A stretch of 64,000 bases of DNA. Source: Perkinsus chesapeaki ATCC PRA-425. Lineage: Eukaryota; Protista; Perkinsozoa. Positions 1-11,314 of this stretch are shown piece by piece. Under the pieces are notes generated by a model. That model was not told where the DNA came from, did not search any database, and was given only the letters and a program-made list of their open reading frames with translations. Both the position numbers and the translations under genes were made by a program. Each line of letters starts with the position of its first letter. Within the stretch, counting starts at the first letter, position 1. The DNA is taken from assembly GCA_013115145.1 (NCBI GenBank), contig JAAPAO010000099.1:14397-78396 (forward strand). Direction: 5' to 3'.

Positions 1-825
1 GAGCTGCTTTTGAGTTTATGAGCAACCGATCCAAATGTCTGTTTGTGATTTCGGGCCAGGTCTTTACCTCGTAAAGATGGGTGGGGGCCCCAATCTGAGA
101 GTCTCAGACTGAGACCAATGGGTCCCACGAGAGGACTATCTAGTTGAGTCAGAGCCAGTGGTATTGCCAGTTAGGGCAATCACACACTAAAGGCCGAGCT
201 GTCTCAAAGACGGTGTCTCTCAGAGAGATTCTCCCTTAGCTCCATTAGGACCTCGCCTGTGCTCCTTGGGCCTCGCCAGGGCGGCCCTGGCAGGGCCTTT
301 TTCCAGTCATAGACCGGGACAGGGGCTGCTTGGTGATGCTCAGTCTCAGAGCGGCCCAGATTGGGCCTGATTCCTAAGGAGTTGGGTGGTCCGTGTTCCA
401 TTGAGGGGTTATCGTTCTGTCGTCATTGACGAATCGTCATTTTGATGGCGTCGAAGGACGTGAAGTCGACCTCTGCCTGCCTGGGTCTCAGGCTGTGGGG
501 CCGGTAGTCACGGGCTGGTTAGTAACAGGCAGTTTACATCTGGGCGATGTTGGCAACATTATGCTGCCCAGTTCTCGCAAGAGGGGGATGTGTAGAGTTA
601 CAGCCTCTGGGCCAGAGGCTGTGGCTTTGTGTAGTCGCCTGCTGAACGAGTCCCGCTCCCATACCTCCCCATCGTTCTCTGTTTTTTTTTCTCCTTTTTT
701 CGCAGCTCAGCCGCTCCTTTCTTAGGCCCATTGGTCCACCCCTAGTCACGTCGGGGGAGGTTCACAAGCATCTGCAAAACATCGCCGACCTCGTTAGCGA
801 CAACGCTAGAGAAGAGGAGAGGCTT

Positions 826-2929
826 TTGCTAGAGTCCTTGGTGGACGGCACAGGCGAACGTGGCGTACTTTCGCGAGATGACTTTGCAAAACCTACTGAC
901 TCCATGACACATCTTGTAAATATCTTCCTGGAGGAGGTGGAAATCTTATCCTCACCGCGTGTGGTCGAGAAGATCATGTCGTGGGCCGCTCTGGATCGTG
1001 AAAGCCAATCTGAGAGTACCGTCTGGAATGAGCTTGAGAGTTCTATCCAAGTCTGCGCAGAGCGAATAAGGAACTCGTGGGGTGCGGTCTTGGGGGTTCC
1101 CACTCGGTCCGCCTTGGCGGGTGGTCCTATTCGCGCTCCGCTTGTAGAGGCAGTACTCCGAAAGATGCAGAAGGAGTCTCCCCAACGAAAAATTGACTCG
1201 GATATATTCCCGGAATATATCCGAGTCAATTTTTAATATTATATTATTCCGTCTGATTGATGTCGGAGTGCCTCTGGGGACATCATCCGAGGTGGCCGTC
1301 AGTGGCGCTTGGCCTACTTACCACCCCAAGCACAAGCACGACTATCAGCTCTCGCGCGATCTCTGGCGAAACTATGAATCCGCGGAGCATTATAGCGAGG
1401 AGGTTACTAAAACTATCGAGGCCGAGATCACGGCTGACCGGATGGCGGTCATTGACCGAGGTGACCTTGGCCAAGTTCGAGCCGTGACTCGACTAGCGTG
1501 CATCCCGCATTTCAAAGAGGATGGTACTATTCGGAAAGTCCGGTTAATCGATGATATGAGGCGAAGCGGTGCGAACTGTCTTAGAGAGCCTAACCTGCAG
1601 GAAACTATCCTGCTTCCATCTATACGTTCGGCGGTGGCCGCTGTGCTGCAGGACGAAGGTTCGCCAGGTCCTAGTTCTCCAGGCCGCGTTTTCTGGCTCG
1701 AATCAGATATCCGGAGTGCCTTCCGCCTAGTGCCATTGGCCGAGCCCGACACTTGGTTTTGCGTGAACAAAGTTCATGAGGGTTTTGTGAGGCATTTGAT
1801 GTTGCCCTTCGGGGCTACCAGTAGTCCTCTAATCTTCGTGAGGGCATCTTCAGGTGTCGCTCTCATCGAATGTCGAGTCCGGCGACAGGCGGAGTTGCAT
1901 CCCCGCGTGATCATATACGTAGATGATAGAGGTTCTAAGGCTCGTGCCAAGCAGCTAGCGAAGGCTACACTAATATCAATATTAGTCGACGCAGTCTGCG
2001 GCGTTCCGACCGCCACGGAAAAGTTACATGCCTCTACCACTCCACACTGCCTGGGGTTCGTCATGGATCTTGACAGGGGGGTTCTCACCATCCCGCACGA
2101 GAAATGTACCACAATTGGAGACGCACTACTCCCTCTGACTACCGTAGGCTCTCTTGCAGTTGTGAAAGATCTCGAGCGATTGACGGGCCGGCTCAGTTGG
2201 GTGGCCGGAGCTTTCAAGAGAATCAACCCTTTCTTGTCCTCCTTCTACAGTACTCTGAAGGTTGCCGAGTCCAAGGGTTTAAGGTCTATAACAGTTGGCC
2301 GCAATCTAGCCTACGCGGCCCGTTTCCTCCGTCATTTTATTTCGGCGGACTGCTCTATTCCCTTCAACAGCCTCCTACCGGAGTTGGGAACGCTTGCGCG
2401 AGCTGTTGTCGTATTCGATGCATCTGGTGGCTTCCTCGGGGGTGTTGTATTTGAGCGCAATCCTCCAGGCTGTGGTCATTCGTTCTACTGGTACCACCTC
2501 GATTTGAACGACGAACGAGTCGTTAGCAGCGTAAAACAGATTCTTGGCTATGGCGACGAGGTCTTGGAAGGGATTTGCTTCCACGAGCTCCTTTCGGCAG
2601 CTCTCGGCATACTGCTCACTGACCCATCCCAGCCCGTTGTTGTCGTTTCCGATAATGTGGCCTGTGTGAGAGCACTACAGAAGATGCGGAGTAAGTCTGC
2701 GGCTCTCAATTGTATTTTGGAGCGACTTATGCTCGTTCGTCCTGGCTTGGCAGCCCCATCTCTATATGCGCAGCACCTTGCCGGGGAGCTCAATATCCTG
2801 GCAGACCAGATATCGCGTAGTGATATACAAACTAACCGGAGTATTTTCTACAGAGTTGACGGTGCTGTAGAGCGAGACGCTTTGCTCGAGTTGGCGAAGC
2901 TTACATGCGCAAGGACCGGCGGTTTCTGA
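826..2929 (+). pseudogene. Reverse transcriptase / RNase H polyprotein, frameshifted at ~1207-1243
   Basis: RT motifs DIRSAF, LPFGATSSP, YVDD and CLGF. RNase H acidic motifs VFDASG, HELLSA, VSDN and LADQISR. ORFs 826-1236 and 1193-2929 join in frame if 37 nt (1207-1243) are removed (..KIDSDILFRLIDVGVPLG..). Confidence 0.88.
1188..1234. repeat. Perfect 47-bp palindrome (23-bp arms, 1-nt centre)
   Basis: AAAAATTGACTCGGATATATTCC-C-GGAATATATCCGAGTCAATTTTT. Confidence 0.97.
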
Positions 2930-3062
2930 GTAGGTTGTTTCTCTGTGATGCCTCAGTCTCACAGCTGTTTCAGTCAGAAGGGTCCTGAGTTCAGTCCGCT
3001 ATTATTGAGCGTTCAATCAAGCGATACCGTTCCCTTTTCCCTGATTTGATAGACAGATTGGG

Positions 3063-4196
3063 ATGGTCCCAGCATTCACCCCTCTGAAGGCTTGCCAGCG
3101 CGAACTATCAAACCGGAAGTCATTCGGCCGGCCCTCACTGACTCGTGCGGATAGGCCTCCAATCGTTCGTGGGACCATCAGTCCCAAACGACGAGGCTCA
3201 GCCAAGAAGGCCTCATATGTCTCGAAACGTCTGTCGCGTGAGGACGTGAATGCGTTTGTGACTGAAGCCAGGGCCCCCAGTACGAGGAGGTCATATGAAG
3301 CAATAAGGAAGGCTTACGTGAGAGTTATGGAGAGCGCACAAATTGTCCCATATCCGCTGGTGCCGGCTAAAGCTATTCACTTCATAGTATCGCTAGTTAA
3401 GGGCGATTATACGTATGAAAGTGTCAGAAACTATGCACAGCGCATCAAATCTTTAGCGAAAGAGGAACGTGGCGATGTTTTTGATGTCTAGGGAGAAGAG
3501 CGGTTCAAGCTGGCTCTGCGTGCTGCGTCCAAACTGTGCCGCCAGGCCAGTTCAATTGAACAGAAACGCGCCGGGACTTTCACAGCAGACGAAGTCATTG
3601 CTATTGCGCATATCCAGGACCCCTTACACGAAGGAACCGTATGTGCGATCCTATGCGGAGTCAGCTGTCTGTTGAGAGTCAATGAACTGCTGGCGCTATC
3701 TAAGGGCGATATTCACTTCAGCTCTGACGGCCTGTCGGCCCAGATCATCGTAAGGAGGAGCAAAACAGACCCCAGCGGGCGGGGTTGTCAGCTCACGGTG
3801 GGCTGCCTGTGCGGACAAGGCCCTGCACGTGACGAATGCGCGGTGCACAGGCTGAGGTGGTGGGTATGCGTGACATGCGAGGCGGAAGACAGCCTCCTGT
3901 TCCCGTACACGAGAGACCGCTTTATTAAGGACATGTCCGATCTAGCATCCAGAGCAATTGGTTTTCGTGGTTGTGTCGGACGGTCGTTCAAAGGGCACTC
4001 TCTTAGGCGGTCGGCAGCCCAGATCCTCTTTCATCATGGAGTTAACATCGAACACATAGTTGAAGCCGGGAGGTGGGCCTCGTCGCGCTCCCTGTCGATG
4101 GCATACTTGAGAGAAGGAGCATATAAACCTATCCGTCAAGCTGAATTGACGAGGATAATGCTGGACACCTCTCGCTTCCAAGCAGTGAGGACGTAA
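3063..4196 (+). pseudogene. Tyrosine recombinase with a single in-frame TAG at 3489-3491
   Basis: ORFs 3063-3491 and 3672-4196 are in the same frame with only one stop between them. Catalytic R-K-H-R-W-Y pattern: LLRVNE, RRSKTD, HSLRR, GRW, AYLR. Confidence 0.9.
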
Positions 4197-4220
4197 AAGT
4201 AAGAATAGTGGAAAGAGGTT

Positions 4221-4881
4221 GGGAGGAGCTAGGTGTCTGATACCTTTAGCTGACGGCCTTGCAGTCGGCACGTCACAGTGATAGAGTCTTGTGGCTGACT
4301 CATCCGTTCAGGTATCGACGCCAAGCTCGCGACTTTGCCTCCAGCAACTGCTCTACATTGCTGCAAGGCAATGTCGCCCTCTTCCCACTCTCCCGAAGAG
4401 ATAGCTATTTATGCGGAGCACAACTTGTTGTGTGTAGAGTAAATACGCGTATCGCAGGGAGAGCATGTCCGTTGCGCACCAGAGATGTGTCGCACAAGTA
4501 TATATATATATATATACTTTTTATATATATATTACGGGCCAGCGAGTGCCCATGCGACGACGGCCAAGGGTTGTGTTCAAGTAGTGGTTCAAGGCCACCA
4601 GTGTAACCACATGGGCTTCTCGCTAACCTTCCGGTTCATCCTGCTGTAGCAGTATTGTGCCAAAAAAGGCAAATTTTTTTTGTCTCTTTCGGGAGGAGCT
4701 AGGTGTCTGATACCTTTAGCTGACGGCCTTGCAGTCGGCACGTCACAGTGATAGAGTCTTGTGGCTGACTCATCCGTTCAGGTATCGACGCCTAGCTCGC
4801 GACTTTGCCTCCAGCAACTGCTCTACATTGCTGCAAGGCAATGTCGCCCTCTTCCCACCCTCCCGAAGAGATAGCTATTTA
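4221..4881 (+). repeat. 191-bp direct repeat pair (4221-4411 and 4691-4881), 189/191 identical
   Basis: Aligned by eye; the only mismatches are at 4323/4793 and 4389/4859. Confidence 0.97.
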
Positions 4882-4909
4882 CTCTACACACAACAAGTTG
4901 TGCTCCGCA
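4412..4909. repeat. Perfect 34-bp inverted repeat (4412-4445 and 4876-4909)
   Basis: TGCGGAGCACAACTTGTTGTGTGTAGAGTAAATA and its exact reverse complement. Confidence 0.95.
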
Positions 4910-5400
4910 CACAAACGAGGGTGCACGGTGTCAATACACACATTTTGGTTAGTGATCGTGTTGGCGAATTACCGTCCTCTTGGTCAAGTAAACCACTGGA
5001 CTAGTGAGCCAAAACTTGGTCATGTTTGAACAATTCTCCGTTTATAGACTATAGATCTCTCACTCACGGTGTCATGACGTATATAAAGCTAGTAGCTCCG
5101 GCTATATGTGACCAGCCTGTGGGTGGCGTTTAGTGCTACGAAACAGTGGCAGTACTGCTGCAGGTTTGAACAGTGCAATACTTTCAGGTTCCTCGACATT
5201 ATTGCAGGGTTTAACTCCCATAAAGTTTGAAGGGATTTATACGCCGCTTGGTAAGCTTTTGAGTTTCACGTTTTTGACGTGTCTGTTTGAGTTTCACTGA
5301 TTCGCTCCCCTAACAACGTGCCCCAATGGAGTGCGTGTGCACTTAGTTTGACTATTATTTACTTTCAAACACCAGTCATACTCCCTCAGAAACCTTTCTT

Positions 5401-7588
5401 TTAAAGTTTAAAATTTTCAAGCCATGCGCGTTCGATGCCAGCGCAATGTCCCATGCCTACCACCCCCACCATTTTACGGTAATTAGATCGACATAGGTAA
5501 CCTGACCAGTTTAAGAATCGCATCAGGAAGAGTCGCCCTTATCTCACCGGCCATTGTCCGATCTCGGTCTTCAATCATAACCTCGTAGACATGCGGCGCG
5601 CACTTCTGCATGATTGAGTTTATCTGGCCAGCTTTCTCACGACTCTTCAATTGCTCAGCTATACTGAGTATACCTGTCAGTCCCAACTGATTGTGAATAT
5701 TCGCTAAGATGTACCTCCAGTATGATCAACGTCGAGGTCTTGTAGTTCTCTACATGCCAGCATCTGCTGCCAGTCTTGCTGAAGAGCTTTTGTGAGGCCC
5801 TCCATGGTCAAAGTGATATCAACGTCCCCGGTGATAACCTAGAAAAATAAAAGCATTTCTTACATAAAAATAACCTGCAAAAACTCAGCACAAAGAGATA
5901 ACCTTTTCGGTTACGAAGCCTGAGCTCGGTCGTTCACAAGAATCAACAGGGAGGAACGCAGAGAGGAAAGAGCCTTCCATTTTTCAGGAGCTTGTCCCCG
6001 ACTAATATGCAACTTGTGAAACGCTAAAACTTGTCCATTCGACCTGCAACCGTCCCACTGGGACCGTCTCAGGGTACATATAAGAAGCGAGGTTAACTGC
6101 TAACCCACCTATCGCCATTAATTAGACAGTCCCTCATTCGAAGGAAATGTCACCCTACCCACCCTGGCTCCAATCTCCTCCGCGGTCTGGACCGCGGTCT
6201 TGAACTCCGCTCCCGGCTCTATCCCCATCGACTTGAAGTTACCTTGAGAAATAAAGTATTTGAGAAGGGAGGATCGAGTTCCAAGTGAACTCAGTGCTGA
6301 TTGTCTTTGAGTGATATGCAGTATTGGAATGTATGCATGCATTCAACTATGTTGGCAAGACAGGAAGAATTCGGGAATTTTCCACAAAAATGGCCCCTAA
6401 CATCGCGTAGCAGTAAAGTGTAAGTTCTATACTTAATCGAAGGCCGTTATAGTCATCATCATGCTCAAGCTGATCTAACATGTGTATTATTATAATCGAG
6501 GTTTTGAGAACCCGCATGATACTATTATAAGATATATAATCCTTGGTTTTATTGTACCATAGAAGCCTCGAAGCCCTTGCTCCAACATAGCCTGCAGAGG
6601 GAGGCCTCCACCGGAGCCAACTCCACGCAGGAGGACTTTAAGCATTTCCGCGAGGCCACCAGGAGTGTCACCGAAACCACCGGCACGCATCTGAAAGAAG
6701 TATAGGGGCTTAATGTTGAAAAGCTCAAGTGGAGGACGAGGATCAAACGCATTATAATATTCGATAATGCTAATATTCATCGACTAAATTAGACTCTCAA
6801 GCGTCGCCGGATTCGGATACCTTCTGCAGTCTCTTTGGGCATAACTCCACCATTACACCTTCAGGGCGCTCAGTCAGTATCATATCTCGAACTTGCTCTG
6901 CACTGGATGACGACACATGAGCTGTTCCTAAATAACACAGCTACAGAGAATCACCCGAAACTGTCTGTGACATCTCCCAGCAGCATAAGACGGTAATCGA
7001 TTCTATTCGTTCTGGGCTACTGCTGGCCGAGCCAACCTATCCAATCCTACATTGAGTTAAGACTACGCCGGAAGATACTGAAATACCACCCGAATTCACC
7101 GCTCGAATAATATATAACTTTTTTATGAAAAGTTTTTATATTGGTTATGTATGACAGATCTTTAAAGCAGAAAATCTCCCTTTCGTGGCGCTCAACAGTA
7201 AAAGCCATTGGCTTCAGCTCTTTGCTGAAACGCTCCTTATTTTCGTGACTCCGTTATATTCACCAAATTGCCCCCCAAGAATGAACCTTCATTGAACGCA
7301 TATCATTTTCCTACCCCAAATTCACAGAGTGCGCATTCAGCTACGTCATTGTCTCAACCGGGTTCAAAGACAATCCTACTGCATGTTCTTCGATCTCGCA
7401 TGGGAGAGAGATGCAGCAGTACCCCAGACCTCACCGATGAGAACAACCTCTCTCCCAGATGCTCTTAGATAGCTGACTGTTGGGTTCCTAGTACTGTGCT
7501 CTACCGATGCTCCTACTATAGAGGAGGAAAAGCATCTTAATGCGAAGCTTAATGCAATGCGAGGACTGTGAAGATATGTAGATATCAT
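5401..7588 (-). CDS. TraB/PrgY/GumN-family (TRABD-like) protein, multi-exon
   Basis: Spliced exons read VVLIG|TAHVSSSSAEQVRDMILTERPEGVMVELC, GIEPGAEFKTAV, VITGDVDITLTM, DRDRTMAG|YL and MVGVVGMGHCAGI, ending at TAA 5401-5403. The start codon is tentative. Confidence 0.85.
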
Positions 7589-10500
7589 TCAACAAACGAC
7601 TGTATAAACTACGTAATTTTCAGTTTGAGTCTCGGCGGCTGCCCGACTTGGATTTATGGTCATTCGAGTGCGCCTTTGAGCCGTGAAAAAGTTGCCCGCC
7701 TTTGGCACGCATTCTCAGATGACACGTGCTGTAAACATATAAATATTTTTCGCGATTAAAGATAACGATTTTTTATGGCGACAGAAATGATGAACTTGAT
7801 CAATGATGAACTTTTGGCCGAAGTGCTCGCCAGTGAATTCAATATTAATGATACTACTAAAATCTCACCCTTCTTTCTTGGGGGAGCTATTCAGAGAAAT
7901 TAACAGTGGAATTTCAGCATCAAACGAATTTCCTGTTCCCTCCATTTTGTTGCGATCCAATCTCTGCGATATGTCCCTCCGGGTCGAACGCTCTCTCTAT
8001 CCAACAACCCTAGAGCTTCCCTATCTGTCCTAATGCCCACAACAACGACTTTACTAACTCAACAACTTCTCAGTGGTACTTACGTATTCAACTATGTAGC
8101 ACCGATACTAAAATGAGTAGCAAGTGTTAGCAATTGATTGATCGGCTCCTAACTGACGGAGCCTGTAATGAGTACAGAAATGTTAAATTCAATGATAATA
8201 ATAATATGAAACTTATATCGACATTGCCCGCATTCTAAACGTCGCAAACGACACTCGATCCTCGTGCCTTTCTCGCAGTTGTTGCTGAACAAAGCACTTC
8301 TTGAGGAATGTTAAACTAGAAATATTACTTGTTTCCAAACCCATTTCCGCATCCGATTGAATTCTGCAACTGACATTGGATCTCGTGGAGGATTGAATGA
8401 TGACTCGCAAGGATGAGTCCGCCGCTCGAGGCCCACTTCTGAAAGGAAAAGGGACAGAGTAATTTTATAAACCGCAAAAACCTAAGTGGTGCGATATAAA
8501 CACATGCTTGTCTAAGGAAGGCAATTTCATGAATGATTCATGATGGGACAACATCGAACATTGATGATGTTGTTCAAAATGGGATTCATGATGAATTCCA
8601 TTTTAATCCCGAGGATTGTATAAACAAATACTTATTATATAATTATAAAGATATGTACATCATCCTACCGCAGCTTCGAACTCCATGACTGGAAGACATA
8701 TTTATCTTGACATTGCATACTTTATATATTTTTCTATTGTACGTATATTTCAACTGTTAATCACCTATATTGTATAGTCTCCCCTCTACTATTACTACCA
8801 TTAAATGACACATGATGCTTGCCATGTTCATTTATTCTCTCTCCATTTCTATCATACCGTAACGGCATCAGTAAACTATGTACCCTATCTCGAGTCCTCC
8901 TGTTCTCTTCCAAAGCAAGCTCATCAAATGAACCTTAAAACCAGCAAGATCTTCAACATCCCACTTGAGATTTCTCCTACTTGTCTCGGCAGGGGCTTCA
9001 CACGTTCGTTTCAGGATGCTATACACTGGCGTTTTGCACTCATGTGCCACATCTTCAGGCTTTACCACCGACCCATTGGCGCCACGCTTGGGAGGATGCA
9101 TTGCAAAGAATCCCGTATGGGGACAGGTTGTGTTGGAAGCTGTCCTGATAGATTATCACATGACCCCTCTCCATGGAATGCCATACAGCAGCAATCGGAA
9201 AACACCACTACGTGACGTTGTAAAGTTAATAACGCAATCGAAGGGACCGATTAAATCTTAATGAAGTCGATACTCGACACTGATTGAGAATAATAAACCG
9301 CTTATTATAATATTGAGACCTTTCAGACATTTACATAATCATTAATAATATATCGGCTGTATTGAACGCATACAACTGCAACAATTGTATTCTAATTTGA
9401 CGGATTCAGTGAAAGCTCCTAGCCGAGAAGAAAAGACAGGCCTACAACTTCTAGGCTTCAAGTTTCGGCCCGGACTTGACATCTGATCGGTATCATATCC
9501 ATCACTGCCAGCGAAACCGAGTACTGCTACTTTCCCTTTATAAATATCAAATCGTCTTTCCCTCCCTTCCCCCGTTTCCGTCGCTCCACCGTATTTCGAC
9601 GCTCTAATTTTTAGATTCTCTTTCCCCTAGTACTTCTTCGGGCTCTTTTCTCCAGCACTTGCCGGCAGTCCACGATGGGGCAACCCAGCATGTCGATGAT
9701 GACCCCCGCCCGCACTCCCTGGACCTCCAGGCTGCTCCTGAGACACCACCTTTATAGATTACTGTTTCAAAGCTTTGAATAAAGAACAGGTTACTTTGAA
9801 CAGATCTCTCACATATCACCAATCAACAAAACAGCATGTACTTGATAAACAGCGAACATTCGGGTTGGCATATCCACAGCGACTGTCGGACAGATTCCTT
9901 TTTTAAGGTTTCCTTCTCCCTTAAAACTTTATTAACATAATCATATCCTGCAGCCTATTCGAGCATTGGCTATATTAAGGGGTTGTTATACTATATTCTT
10001 ATAAGTCATTATTTACTTCATTATCACACTTATTTATTAAACATTTTATAACTCCATTCAAGAAGATCCAAAAACACCCGACACCTTCTCTAGAATTGTC
10101 CGCGCCTCCCCAACTACCTGCACAGCATCGTCATCTAATGACAACGATATCCCTTTCTCTCTAACTTTGGGTCTGGCTCCTACAAGCAGGGATACCACAT
10201 ACTACAAAGCAAGAATTGTAGCTAAAGTGGGTGCATAGTCGCAAGTACGGATTGTCTCTCCAAGGAAGAATCAACCACTCGCCGCTCTTCTCAGTAGTAC
10301 GCTTATGACAAGCATTATCTCCCGAGACATGGAGATTCTTATATTGATAAAAAAGAGGAACGGCCAAAGAGGATGTATTATCAACATGCCTACTGTACTT
10401 GCCCGAGCCTCTCTTTAAAGACATTGAAGATAATTTTGCTACAGTAGTTTCCGAAAAACCGTATCTGTTCTTTACAGGGACATCCCCTCCTTTTTCACTA

Positions 10501-11314
10501 CGTCCTGTCTCTTCATTCCCTTTGCGCCTATCCCTTTCAATTAGGAGTCTAAGTCCCCTCGAACATGCTCCACAGCAATTCTCAATCGGTGTACTAGACG
10601 ACAATCGCCTTCGAGATGGTGACAGCGGCATTGGTGTCATCGCATATGATAACATTAAAAACACAATCCTGAAATTAGTGGTTCGATCGTCTACATGCGA
10701 GGAATTTTTCACCCGATAGTAGCAATACTATTATCACCATTTTCACATGATAGCCGACACGTAGCTCAGAAGCAGGATTATTGCAGTAGTTCCTTACGAG
10801 ACGAGGATGAATAATATTCCGACTTTCGGGAACCTGTACGTCGAGGGGAGCTCCAAAAACGATGCTCTGATCGTTACTATGTAGCCTTTTGATTATTATC
10901 AACCAGGTGAGTGGCGCTAGAACGAACCAATGTCCAGGATGAATCTCATCAATAGCTTGCTTGAGAAGGATATTTACTATCAACATTATCACAATATTAA
11001 GCACATTGCATCCTCCTTTTCCTGCCCGACACTCTTAATGTTATTACTCATTCAGCCCCCTCGCACTCCCTCCTACGCCCCTAGCATGAATGTTCCTACA
11101 CCAACAACCACATTACTACTAGTAACTCCTGAAGCCCTCGCGTAAATATAACAGTTCTAGCTGAGGAATGCATTCACTAAAAACTCGGCAAACCGTTGAT
11201 AAAATACCGAAACGATTGCAAGCATGCTCAAAAACTGAATAATCAACATGGATCCAGCTGAATAAGAAGAATAATAATTTAAAACTGACCCAGCAAACGA
11301 TGTTACCGCCGCGC

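Larger units (their letters stand above)
1..4909 (+). mobile_element. Tyrosine-recombinase retrotransposon (DIRS order, Ngaro/PAT-like split direct repeats); 5' end lies upstream of the window
   Basis: RT+RNase H ORF followed by a YR ORF, then 191-bp direct repeats at 4221-4411 and 4691-4881. No methyltransferase domain was recognised. Confidence 0.88.

Noticed and set aside
762-1229. Duplicated gene start MTRIYS..NISESIF on both strands
   Set aside because: It is an artefact of translating the 47-bp palindrome; the minus-strand ORF is an antisense shadow.
3489-3491. Stop-codon reassignment suggested by in-frame TAG (YR) and TAA (40816)
   Set aside because: Conserved host genes end normally in TAA (TraB), TGA (EF-Tu) and TAG (XPO1) and show no internal stops, so these are point mutations.
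4412-4909. Independent MITE with 34-bp TIRs
   Set aside because: There is no target-site duplication, one arm overlaps the retroelement's B repeat, and the interior is largely that repeat.
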